From an uncultured Chloroflexia bacterium (lineage in GTDB: Bacteria; Chloroflexota; Limnocylindria; QHBO01): a stretch of 64,000 nt of DNA. The DNA is taken from contig CAVYRE010000006.1 of the NCBI GenBank assembly GCA_963770875.1, positions 27,836-91,835 of the forward strand, read 5' to 3'. Position numbers and translations under genes: made by a program. Numbering within the stretch: the stretch's first letter is position 1; each line of letters begins with the position of its first letter. The notes beneath the pieces are model-generated. The model saw only the letters and a list, made by a program, of their open reading frames with translations, had not been told where the DNA came from and ran no database searches. This document shows, piece by piece, positions 43,336-52,445 of this stretch.

Positions 43336-43410
43336 CCTGGCGCTCCTTCGACGTTGCTGGGGGACGCTTCGCGGGTCGGGGCCCGGGGGCTTGGACCATC
43401 GTAGCGAAAT

Positions 43411-43420
43411 GTTTGCCGAT
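43411..43420 (+). promoter_or_regulatory. Candidate operator half-site GTTTGCCGAT
   Basis: A variant of the GTTTGCGAT 9-mer, located in the divergent kinase/NTF2 promoter region. Confidence 0.3.
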
Positions 43421-43442
43421 TGGGAACAGAAGGGGTGATTCC

Positions 43443-43472
43443 TTGACCCGCGATCGCGCCGCCCCCTAGAAT
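43443..43472 (+). promoter_or_regulatory. Putative sigma-70 promoter for the NTF2-like gene
   Basis: TTGACC, 18 nt spacer, TAGAAT. This is the best -35/-10 pair seen in the window. Confidence 0.5.
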
Positions 43473-43486
43473 CGGTTCGTTCCGTT

Positions 43487-43495
43487 ATCGCAAAC
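43487..43495 (-). promoter_or_regulatory. Candidate operator half-site GTTTGCGAT (reverse strand)
   Basis: An exact 9-mer copy of the site at 48653, lying just downstream of the -10 element. Together with 43411 it forms an inverted pair flanking the promoter. Confidence 0.3.
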
Positions 43496-43540
43496 AGACG
43501 GGCGAGACCCCGCTCTGAATGCCGGTGCATGGAGCAAACG

Positions 43541-43903
43541 ATGCCCACCACACCCCGCGAGGTCTCCGAAGGGTACTGGGCGGCCGAGTGCCGCCGCGAC
43601 GTCGATGCCGTCATGGCCTTCTACCTCCCCGATGCCACCTACGAGGACGCCGGAGGCCTCCGACGTGGCCAGGCCGAGATCCGTCAGGCCTACGAGGACT
43701 CGAAGAACGCGTATCCGGGCCTCGAGGTTCGCATCCTGCGTGAGTTCACCCACTCCTCCGACACCGCCGGCCTCGAGTACTACGCGGTGCTGATCGACGT
43801 CGCCGGGCAGCGCTTCAAGGTCCGTGGGGTGAACGTCGTGACGGTTCGCGACGGGAAGTTCGTGTCGGTCCGTTCCTACGAGGACGCACCCAGCCTCGAG
43901 TAG
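43541..43903 (+). CDS. SnoaL/NTF2-like fold protein
   Basis: YWAAECRRDVDAVMAFYLPDATYED...VVTVRDGKFVSVRSYED. The ATG at 43541 has GGAG 6 nt upstream; an alternative ATG lies at 43529. Confidence 0.65.
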   Translation: MPTTPREVSEGYWAAECRRDVDAVMAFYLPDATYEDAGGLRRGQAEIRQAYEDSKNAYPGLEVRILREFTHSSDTAGLEYYAVLIDVAGQRFKVRGVNVVTVRDGKFVSVRSYEDAPSLE

Positions 43904-43932
43904 CCGTCCCAACGAGGAGGTCAGCACCCGCC

Positions 43933-44643
43933 ATGCCATCGCCTACACGACCCGAGGGCAGCCCGGTCCGCTCGTACCGGACCCGGTTCCAGCTCATCGA
44001 GGACCCGATCTCCGAGGGCGGGATGTGGGTCAACGGCAAGGCCGAAGGGATCGACTGGGCGGATGTCGTGACCGAGCAGGGGCGGGCGCACGGCGGGAAG
44101 GTGAAGGTCGGCGCCAGGGAGCGGCGGGCGGAGCAGGGGAACCTCGACGGCGGAGAGGCGGCGGCGCCCGAGGGCGACTACGACGACCCGACAGCCGTGC
44201 TCACCGGGTCCTGGGGCCCGGACCAGTTCGTCAAGGCGACCGTCTTCAGCCGGAACCAGACCTCGGACCTCTTCCAGGAGGTCGAGATCCGGTTGCGCAG
44301 CTCCATCGGGCCGCACTGGTGCAGCGGCTACGAGGTCTTCTGGCGCTGCCTCAAGACCGATGAGGGGTACGCCGAGATCGTGCGGTGGAACGGCCCGATC
44401 ATGGGATTCACATCGCTCGCCCGGGCGCAGGGCGCCGAGTACGGGGTGCAAGACGGCGACGTGGTCGAGGCGACGATCGTCGGCAACCGGATCACCTCGT
44501 ACATCAACGGCGTCGAGGTGCTCTCAGCGACCGATGACGCCTTTGCCAACGGCAGCCCGGGGATCGGCTTCAACTTCGGCTGCGGCGACACGTACGTCGA
44601 CCACGGCTTCACGTCGTACGAGGTCGATACGTACGACGGGTAG
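43933..44643 (+). CDS. Hypothetical protein, possibly a concanavalin-A-like/LamG jelly-roll
   Basis: 236-aa intact ORF with a beta-rich C-terminal half (EVFWRCLK...VVEATIVGNRITSYINGVEV...GSPGIGF). No confident family assignment. Confidence 0.4.
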   Translation: MPSPTRPEGSPVRSYRTRFQLIEDPISEGGMWVNGKAEGIDWADVVTEQGRAHGGKVKVGARERRAEQGNLDGGEAAAPEGDYDDPTAVLTGSWGPDQFVKATVFSRNQTSDLFQEVEIRLRSSIGPHWCSGYEVFWRCLKTDEGYAEIVRWNGPIMGFTSLARAQGAEYGVQDGDVVEATIVGNRITSYINGVEVLSATDDAFANGSPGIGFNFGCGDTYVDHGFTSYEVDTYDG

Positions 44644-44649
44644 TCGCGC

Positions 44650-44913
44650 CTATTCGACTCCCGAGATGTCCTCGCCCGGCTCGCCGATGATGCCGATCGT
44701 GGAGAGGATCGGCGTCTGGGTCTTGTCCGGGACGACGATCTTCAGCAGCACACCACTCGCCGGCGCCTCCAGCTCCAGGCTGATCTTCTCGGTCTCGACC
44801 GCGACCAGCGCCTCGCCCTTCGCGACCGTGTCACCCTCGGCCTTCAGCCACTGGGTGACCGTGCCGGTGTCGAGGTCCTGGCCGGCCTGCGGCATGACGA
44901 CCCTGGTGGCCAC
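44650..44913 (-). CDS. Stand-alone lipoyl(biotinyl)-attachment domain protein
   Basis: MPQAGQDLDTGTVTQWLKAEGDTVAKGEALVAVETEKISLELEAPASGVLLKIV resembles E2 lipoyl domains (ETDK-type Lys). There is no E2 catalytic domain. Start is GTG 44913 or ATG 44895. Confidence 0.7.
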   Translation of the reverse strand: MATRVVMPQAGQDLDTGTVTQWLKAEGDTVAKGEALVAVETEKISLELEAPASGVLLKIVVPDKTQTPILSTIGIIGEPGEDISGVE

Positions 44914-44915
44914 CC

Positions 44916-45683
44916 CTACAGCTCCGCGTTGACGATGAAGCCGGCGTCCACCAGCAGCGTCGCCGAGGTGATGTAGCTGGCGTCGTCGGAGAGGAGGAAC
45001 GAAACCGCGTTCGCGATCTCCTCCGGCTCGCCACCCCGGTGCAGCGCGACCCGCTCCTCGTAGTACTTCAGCGCGACGGGGTCGTCGGTCAGGGGCGCCG
45101 CCATGTCCGTCTTGATCCAGCCCGGCTCGATGGCGTTGACCCGGATCCCGTATTCGCCCACCACGGCGCCCAGGGCCTTGGTCCACATCGAGATGCCGCC
45201 CTTGGTGGCGCAGTACGCGCTCTGCGAGGGCGCACCGACGTGGGCGGAGATGGAGCTGATGCAGACGATCGCCCCGGGATGGCCCTCCTTGCGTATCTGC
45301 TTGGCGGCCTCGGTGGTGACCACCCAAGTCCCGCGCAGGTTCGTCTCGCAGAGGGCGTCCCAGTCATCGACCGTCGTCTCGTCCCAGGGCATGAACGGAT
45401 TGATCGCAGCATTCGAGACCAGGTAGTCGAGACGCCCCCCGCGGCGCGCGACCTCCTGCACCATCTCGATCACCTGGGCCGGGTTGCGCATGTCGGCCAT
45501 CACCGGGAAGCCCTCCCCGCCGGCCTCCTTGATCAGGCCGAGGGTCGTGCTCGGGTCACCGGTCGGCCGGTAGTTGACGCCGACCAGGGCGCCTTCGGCC
45601 GCAAGGCGCACCGACGTCGCCCGGCCCATCCCCCTGGTTGCGCCGGTGACCAGCGCCACCTTGCCTGCAAATCGCTTCTCCAT
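44916..45683 (-). CDS. SDR-family oxidoreductase
   Basis: VALVTGATRGMG, NAAI and the SAYCATK (YxxxK) motif. 255 aa, intact. Confidence 0.85.
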   Translation of the reverse strand: MEKRFAGKVALVTGATRGMGRATSVRLAAEGALVGVNYRPTGDPSTTLGLIKEAGGEGFPVMADMRNPAQVIEMVQEVARRGGRLDYLVSNAAINPFMPWDETTVDDWDALCETNLRGTWVVTTEAAKQIRKEGHPGAIVCISSISAHVGAPSQSAYCATKGGISMWTKALGAVVGEYGIRVNAIEPGWIKTDMAAPLTDDPVALKYYEERVALHRGGEPEEIANAVSFLLSDDASYITSATLLVDAGFIVNAEL

Positions 45684-45704
45684 GACCTGTACTCCTTCCG
45701 GTGC

Positions 45705-46814
45705 CTATCGCACCGCTGTCGCGTCCAGCTTCTTGACGCGCTGCGCAAAGACGTCCATCTCGCCCTCCCCGACCAGGGCACCCATCTCGAGGTCGTAGGT
45801 GCGCTTCTCGCCCGGGTCCAGCTCGATCAGCTCGCCGCGCTCCTTCGCGTCCCAGCGGCCCGCATCGCGGTTCGTGCTCGCCTCGATCGCCACCACGTAG
45901 AGGCTCTCGCCCGGCATGCGCCAAGTGGTCTGGTGCGGGAGCTGGCCCTTGTTGAAGAGCTGGTAGACCCCCAGGCCGATCCTCCGGTTGAGGATCCCCA
46001 CCGGCACCGTCCCATCCGCTTCCGTGAAGGCGTCGTGCTCGAAGCAGCGCTCGGTGTACTCGGGAATCGGCGCATCGAAGATCCGGTAGTTGCCCGCGGG
46101 AGCGGGATCAGTCGGCACGCCCTCGCCCGGGACGAGCAGCTCGGAGCCCTCGTCGACGATCGGGAAGCCCACGTTGCAGTGGTAGAGGAGCATGTGGCTG
46201 GTCCGGTGGAAGCCGGTGTTCTCGACCTCGTCGTGGATCCGGAACGACGACTCGCCGACCCTGGCCTCGATCCGACGGCGGAGGGTCAGGTTCTCCTTGA
46301 AGACGGCCACCTGGTGCACCTCGCCCTCGGCCCACAGGGTGCACTCGTCGCCGTCCCAGCGCTCGCCGTAGCCGGTGAGCCGCGCGGGCAGCGTCCAGAC
46401 CCGCCCCATCATGCCGTAGGTCTCGGTCGGGAACAGATGCGGCTGCTTGAAGTTCTCGAAGCCGTCCTCGCCGCCGATCAGGGTGTGGTCCAGCCCCGCC
46501 GTCGAGACCAGGCCGCCGGGGAAGCTGCGGAACCAGCCCATCCCCTCCGGCTCCGAATACCACGGTCCCGAGTACCCGACCGGCGAGATCCAGCCGATCG
46601 CCGAGCCGTTCATCTCGCAGCGGCCGATGTCGAAGGCGCGATCGACGACCACCTCGAAGGCGAACCCGGTGCCGGTGCGGAACTCCAGCAGCCGAACACC
46701 GCGCTCCATGCCGTCGCCAGCCGTCACCAGCCGCACCCCGGCGACCTGCTCCAGGCGGCCGACGCGACGCATCAGCTCCGCTTGCTTGTAGCTCGCCTTA
46801 AACAGCGCCGGCAC
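45705..46814 (-). CDS. Aldose-1-epimerase-like (DUF4432) protein
   Basis: 369 aa with GVRLLEFRTGTGFAFEVVVDRAFDIGRCEMNG...LYHCNVGFP, the pattern of the DUF4432 / galactose mutarotase-like fold. Confidence 0.65.
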   Translation of the reverse strand: MPALFKASYKQAELMRRVGRLEQVAGVRLVTAGDGMERGVRLLEFRTGTGFAFEVVVDRAFDIGRCEMNGSAIGWISPVGYSGPWYSEPEGMGWFRSFPGGLVSTAGLDHTLIGGEDGFENFKQPHLFPTETYGMMGRVWTLPARLTGYGERWDGDECTLWAEGEVHQVAVFKENLTLRRRIEARVGESSFRIHDEVENTGFHRTSHMLLYHCNVGFPIVDEGSELLVPGEGVPTDPAPAGNYRIFDAPIPEYTERCFEHDAFTEADGTVPVGILNRRIGLGVYQLFNKGQLPHQTTWRMPGESLYVVAIEASTNRDAGRWDAKERGELIELDPGEKRTYDLEMGALVGEGEMDVFAQRVKKLDATAVR

Positions 46815-46945
46815 GGTGCTCCTTTCCGCCGGTCGGCTCGCGCCCGAGACCGCCGGCCGCTCTGAGTTCCCGAGGGTCGGTCACCATTCCGGCCCGGCCG
46901 GCTCGGTCACCGCGTCAGCGTATTTCGCCCCCGGGAACAAACGTG

Positions 46946-46977
46946 CCTAGTGGCCCCGCCTTGACGGGACCACTAGG
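46946..46977 (-). terminator. Strong hairpin downstream of the APC permease (possible intrinsic terminator)
   Basis: CCTAGTGGCCCC-8 nt-GGGACCACTAGG forms a 12-bp stem with one mismatch. On the minus strand it is followed by a weak TTTGTT tract. Confidence 0.4.
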
Positions 46978-47002
46978 CCGTTTCGCCGTGAGGTGGCGGG
47001 GG

Positions 47003-48451
47003 TCAGACCGACTCGCCGATGGAAGCCCCTGCCTTGTTGAGCCACTCCTCGTTTCCGCGGAAATAGAGGACGACCAGGATGAGGATCCCGATCACGAGCC
47101 AGGCGCCGTTGATGATCGGCGCAAGGTCATACGGGGTCGAGAGCGGGAACGACTTCCAGATGGCGTACAGCAGGACGCCCGTGGAGGCGATCGGGAACAC
47201 GAAGTGGAGGATCCAGTTGAAGTCGCTCCGCATCTGGTTCCAGTAGAAGAGGAACACGGCCAGGTTCGCCATGATGTAGGCGACCGACACGGCCAGGACC
47301 AGCAGCAGTCCCGTGATCAGGTAGAACCCCGTCTGCGGACCCCAGACGAAGCCGACGTACACGCCGGCGGCCAGGTTGAGGGCCATCTGCAGCAGGATGG
47401 CGTTGGTCGGTGTCTTGTGCCGCGGGTGCACGGTGGCGAGGGCCTTGGGGAACGAGCCGCTCCTGGCCATGCTGTACCACATCCGCGTGCCGACGTTGGC
47501 ACACGCGATGCTCACCGCAGCCACGCTGTTCAGGAAGGCAATCAGGACCAGGATCCAGAGGTTGCCCCAGACCCGATGCGCGAGCGCCAGCGCGGGCAGG
47601 ACGGGCGCATTGACGATTGCGTCCGCGTCGTTGCCGAAACCGGTGATCACGCCCCAGAAGACGATCACCAGGAACGAACCGATCAGGACGATGCTCAGCA
47701 TCACCGAGAGCGGGACATTCCGTCTCGGGTCCCTGGTCTCCTCCGCAAGTGGGGCGGAGGCCTCCCACCCGGTCAAGCCCTGCACGGTGAACACGACCGC
47801 CAGGGAGAAGCCTGCGCCCGCGGGGATGAACGACGGGTTGAAGACGTTCAGCGTGATGCTGGTGCCCGTGGGCGGGTCCAGGAACCCGGTAACGGCGAGC
47901 GCCATCACCAGCAGCATCTCCAGGCCGCCGGTGATCACGATGAACCGAGTCGAGATCTTGATCCCCTCCCACTGCAGGTACGCGGTGAGCGGCGCAAAGA
48001 TGAGCACGGAGACCCACCAGAGCCAGGGGACGTCGATGCCCCAGGTGGCCTTTAGCTCGCCCGCGACGAGGAAGCCGAAGAAGCCGGCCAGCGGTCCGCC
48101 GACAAGGGGGGAGTACAGGATGTACATCCAGGACACCAGGAAGCCGGCCCGCGGATGGATGGCGCGGCTCACGTAGGTGTAGTAGCCGCCGGCAGATGGC
48201 ATGTGCTTGGCGAGCTGTGCGAGCGTGCTGCCGAGCATCAGGACGAGGATGAACCCGACCGTGTAGGCGAGCGGGGCGGTGATTCCCGCCAGGAAGACGA
48301 TGAATGGGGTGAACAGGAACCCGGCGATCGCCGGCGCGATATGGGTGATTGCCTGCATCGTCGCGCCCAGCAGCCCGATCGCGTCCGGCTGGAGGTCGGT
48401 CTTCATGACTTCTGGCGCGGCGCTGGACTGCATCATGGGCTCGGTGGTCAT
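47003..48451 (-). CDS. APC-superfamily amino acid (or amino-acid-conjugate) permease
   Basis: 12-TM protein with GGYYTYVSRA and GWEASAPLAEETRDPRRNVP motifs. The ATG at 48451 has GAAGGAG upstream. Confidence 0.85.
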   Translation of the reverse strand: MTTEPMMQSSAAPEVMKTDLQPDAIGLLGATMQAITHIAPAIAGFLFTPFIVFLAGITAPLAYTVGFILVLMLGSTLAQLAKHMPSAGGYYTYVSRAIHPRAGFLVSWMYILYSPLVGGPLAGFFGFLVAGELKATWGIDVPWLWWVSVLIFAPLTAYLQWEGIKISTRFIVITGGLEMLLVMALAVTGFLDPPTGTSITLNVFNPSFIPAGAGFSLAVVFTVQGLTGWEASAPLAEETRDPRRNVPLSVMLSIVLIGSFLVIVFWGVITGFGNDADAIVNAPVLPALALAHRVWGNLWILVLIAFLNSVAAVSIACANVGTRMWYSMARSGSFPKALATVHPRHKTPTNAILLQMALNLAAGVYVGFVWGPQTGFYLITGLLLVLAVSVAYIMANLAVFLFYWNQMRSDFNWILHFVFPIASTGVLLYAIWKSFPLSTPYDLAPIINGAWLVIGILILVVLYFRGNEEWLNKAGASIGESV

Positions 48452-48652
48452 CTCCACTCCTTCAGGCTTGTTGCCAATCCTCCCCTCCATCGCGGCGTAC
48501 CGGGTTGCAGTCATGCGTCCGGCGTCAGCAGGCGCCAGGGTGCCTCAGGTGCTCTGCCTACCCTCCATCTTCGAGCTGCCGCCGCCGAGGTCGTTCCCGG
48601 TCTGGGCGGGGCCATGCGTCGCGTGGCTCGCGGGCGAACGAAAGAGCAAAGC

Positions 48653-48661
48653 GTTTGCGAT
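48653..48661 (+). promoter_or_regulatory. Candidate operator half-site GTTTGCGAT upstream of the APC permease
   Basis: An exact copy of the 9-mer at 43487-43495, in the AT-richer permease/regulator intergenic region. Confidence 0.3.
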
Positions 48662-48763
48662 CGGCGAACAAAACGGATCATACGGCGGACTGTCAACCTC
48701 TCCGGGAGGCTCGCTTTGATTGCCGCATAGCACGGCAAACCGGGACGTTTCCGCGGTCGGCGA

Positions 48764-49695
48764 TCAGTACTCCGGCACCAGCTGGCCCGACATCACCTCG
48801 TGCTGGATCCGCGCCACTTCGGCCGGTGCCACATGCCCGAGCAGCGCGCTCAACAGGTCGGCGTCGCTGGCTCGCCCGACGAGCGCGGCACGCGTGTCGG
48901 CGTCGCCCACCTGCGCGCGGACCGACTCGGCCAAGGGCCGATCGAGGATGCCATCCAGGCGCGTCGCCTGCATCTCGTCGCTCGTCCAGACGGCGGCGTC
49001 GGCCAGGCCGTTCGTGAGCAGGCGCGTGATCTGGCCGGTCATCGCGAGCAGCAGCTCAACCCCACCGTCGGCAAACTCCAGCGCGGTGAGCAGCTGCTGG
49101 TCGGCGGAGTGCCGGTCGACGATCACCCGCAGCGGCCGATGCGGCTCAGCGGGGCATAGAAGACGCGATGCCCGGTGTTGTACGAGTTCGGGGCGAGCTC
49201 GAGGATCACGCGCTCCTCCGGCCCGCACAGCTCGGCGGCTGCGAAGCTCGACATGACCGCAAGGTGGCAGCGCCCCTCGCGAACGGCCTGGAGGCGTTGC
49301 CGGGATCCGCGCACGAAGATCAGGAAGACCTCGAGCCCGACCTTGGTGAGGAGCTGCTTGATCGCCGTCGCGAGCGCCTCGTAGCGCTGCGATGAGGCGA
49401 GCGGCAGGCTGACCACCAGCGGGCCGCCCTCGGCGGCCGCCCAGAGCACGCCGATGGAGCGCGAGACGAGAAAAGCGCCCAGCCTCCCCCGCCGCTCGAG
49501 CTGAATGGCGCCGCCCTCCTCGAGGCGGGTGATGGCGGCGTGGATCGAGGCCAGGCTGGACCGATGCTCACGGACGAGCTGTCGCACGGTCGGCACGCGC
49601 GACGGCGGCTCCGGGGCCGTCAGGAAGCGGCGGGCAAGCTCCGGCACGACATCGGTGATCGCGCGCGCGCCGGCACGACCACGGGGCTTGCTCAT
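48764..49695 (-). pseudogene. YhfZ-like transcriptional regulator (GntR-type wHTH plus periplasmic-binding-protein-like domain); one frame break near 49140
   Basis: VPTVRQLVREHRSSLASIHAAITRLEEGGAIQLERRGRLGAFL, then VVSLPLASSQRYEALATAI...FVRGSRQRL. The C-terminus lies in ORF 48764-49228. Confidence 0.6.
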
Positions 49696-49743
49696 CGGGG
49701 CAGGATAGTCCGCAAGTCCAGACCCTCCATCGCGCCGGTCCGC

Positions 49744-50508
49744 CTACGTCAGACAGGCTGCCAGGTCGGCGAGGGTCAGCCACTCGCCGGGCTTCGCGGC
49801 GGACCGGTTCGCCAATATGTGCGTGGGCTCGCCAGCGGGATCGCCGAGGGAGTCGACGACCAGGACCGCCTCCGGGAACGCCTCGTCGGCGGTGTAGTCG
49901 TTGACCGTCACGAGACAGCGCAGGCCCGCGCCGGCAGCTGCGAGGAGGCCGTTCCGCGAGTCCTCGATGACCACCACATCCGCCGGCGAGACTCCGAGCC
50001 GCTCGAGGGCCAGCAGGTAGATGTCCGGCGCCGGCTTCTTGTGGGCCACCACGTCGCCGGCGAGGACCGAGGAACCGGGCGGCGCGTCCGGACCGGCAGC
50101 GACGTCGAGGATGGCTCGCACGGACGGCTCGGCGGAGGTCGAGGCGACGGCGAGCATCCAGCCGGCCGCCAGCGCCTCGCCGATGATGCGCGCGATGCCC
50201 GGGCGGGCGGCAGCGCCCCGCCGCCACCATCTCGGTGTAGATGGCGGTCTTGCGGGCGTGCCATCGGGCCAGCTCGCCGGCTGGCCGTCGGCGTCCGTCG
50301 GCAGCCCGGCGGCGGCGATGAACTCGGGCGTCAGCAGCGACGCCATGCGCTCCTTGCCGCCGCCGATCCGCAGCCGCCGACCGTACTCCTCCTCGGACCA
50401 CTGGACCGGCAGGCCGAACTCCCGGAACGTCTGGTTGAAGGCCGGCAGGTGGCCGTACCGCTCGGTGTCCGCGAGGACGCCGTCGCAGTCGAAGATGAGG
50501 GTCGTCAA
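49744..50508 (-). pseudogene. HAD-IA hydrolase of the CbbY type (sugar-bisphosphate phosphatase-like); two frame breaks
   Basis: TTLIFDCDGVLADTERYGHLPAFNQTFREFGLPVQWSEEEYGRRLRIGGGKERM...VVIEDSRNGLLAAAGAGL. TTG start at 50508. The middle part lies in the frame of ORF 49568-50401. Confidence 0.7.
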
Positions 50509-50512
50509 CGCC

Positions 50513-51352
50513 TCACCACCCCTTGCCCGCACTGCCGAACATGCTGATGTGGTCGTTGGCCATCGCCATGACCTCGGCCCGCGGGCACGGCAGAGGGTGG
50601 GCGGGTCGTAGTTGCCGGGATGCGCCGCGATCCAGTCGTGGCGGATGTAGCGGATCTTCAGCGCGGTCGAGATGTTCACCTTGGCGCAGCCGCGCGCGAT
50701 GAGGTCCGTGAACTGCGCCGGCGTCAGGCCGCTGCCGCCGTGGAGCGCGATGGGCAGGGCCTCCGCCACGATGGCGGACACCCGCTCGGCGTCCAGGTGC
50801 GGCTCCGCGTGATACATGCCGTGGGCGTTGCCGATGGCCGGCGCGAAGCAGTCGATGCCCGTGAAGCGGATGAAGTCGAGCGCGACCTCGAGCGCCTGGG
50901 TCGCGCGGCTCGTCGGAGCCGATGCCGTCCTCGACGCCCCGGATGGGTTCGATCTCGCCTTCGACGGCGGCACCGAGCGTGGGCCTCGACGACGATCTCG
51001 GCGCACGGCGCGCGGTTGTCCGCGACGCTCAGCCGGGAGCCATCGAACAGCACCGACTGCCACCCCTGCGCGAGGCAGGCGGTGATGAGCGCGCGGTCGG
51101 GGCAGTGGTCGAGGTGCAGGGCGACGGGCACCGGCACGTCGCGCGCCATCTCCTGGAACATCGAGTACAGGACCGCGATGCCGACGACTGGACGGTCTTG
51201 ACCGAGGTCTGGACGATGAGCGGCGCCTCGGCCGCCGTCGCGGCCGCGAGCACGGCCTCCATGGTCAGGTCGTTGACGATGTTGATGGCCGCGACCCCGT
51301 AGCCGCTCGCGAAGGCGCGCTGCAGGATCCTGGGACTGGGGCCGATCGGCAT
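50513..51352 (-). pseudogene. Class II fructose/tagatose-bisphosphate aldolase family; at least 3 frame breaks
   Basis: YGVAAINIVNDLTMEAVLAAATAAEAPLIVQTS; VPVALHLDHC; AIGNAHGMY; LHGGSG...KVNISTAL. The corrected C-terminus reads ...SMFGSAGKGW. Confidence 0.75.
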
Positions 51353-51478
51353 GCGCCACCTCCTGGCGCGCTGCGCCGGATCCGTGCGTCGCCGGTGACT
51401 CGGATCGACGCGATCGTGCGGCCGATGCCTCACGATCCCACACGACGGCGGATGATCCACGGAGATGCGAACAGACCC

Positions 51479-52445
51479 ATGACCGCACGTTGGACTCCCG
51501 ACCGCCTCCGTCGCGACCATGTACGAGACGGCCCTGACCATCCGCCTGTTCGAGCAGCGCGCCATCGAGCAGTACCGGGTCGGCAACATCCGGGGCTACC
51601 TGCATCCCTACCTGGGCGAGGAAGGCATCGCGGTCGGCGCCTTCGCGGCCCTCGGCCATCGGACTACATCGTGAGCACCCACCGGGGTCACGGCCACGCC
51701 ATCGCCAAGGGCCATGAGCCGCGGCTGATGATGGCCGAGCTGCTTCGGCCGCGCGACCGGCTACTGCCGCGGCCGGGGCGGCTCGATGCACGTGTCCAGC
51801 CTGTCGCTCCGGAACCTGGGCGCCAACGGCGTCGTGGCGGGTGGCATGCCCCTCGCGGTCGGCGCCGCGTTCGCCATCCGGCTCAAGGGCGAGACGGACA
51901 TCGTGGTCTCGTTCTGCAGCGACGGGGCATCGGCGAACGGGGTGTTCCACGAGGCGCTCAACCTCGCGGCGATCTACCACCTGCCGGTGGTCTTCGTGCT
52001 CGAGAACAACCAGTACGCGGTGTCGACGCCCATCCGGGACTCCGCCCTCGTCGAGGACCTCTCGGAACGCGCGGCCGGCTACGGCATGCCGGGCGTCACC
52101 GTGGACGGCAACGACGCGGTGCTGGTGCTCGAGGCGATGACACGAGCCGTTGCGCCGTGCCCGGGCCGGCGAGGGGCCGACGCTCATCGAGTGCAAGACC
52201 TTCCGCCACGGCGGCCACCACGTCAACGACCCGGGCTGTACCTGCCCGCGGACGAGCTCGAGCCGCTGGCGGGCGCACGACCCGGTGATCGTGCTGCGCC
52301 AGCGGCTCGGACCGCCGGTGGCGGCGCCGCGGCGATCATCGAGGTCGACCAGCACGTGGAAGCGGTCATGGACGAGGCGGTCGAGTTCGCCGAGGAGAGC
52401 CCGCAGCCCGACGTCGAGGAGTTCCTCGCCGAGGTGGCGTCATGA
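51479..52445 (+). pseudogene. TPP-dependent 2-oxoacid/acetoin dehydrogenase E1 alpha subunit; at least 4 frame breaks
   Basis: [69 protein letters not shown] and TFRHGGHHVNDPG, spread over three frames. Confidence 0.8.

Noticed and set aside
48633-48673. Direct repeats GGCGAACGAAA and GGCGAACAAAA, 30 nt apart, upstream of the APC permease. A loosely similar CGAACAAA word lies in the TIM/VOC intergenic region near 55470.
   Set aside because: There are only two or three short, imperfect copies, and I cannot separate them from chance. I kept only the exact GTTTGCGAT 9-mer as a candidate.
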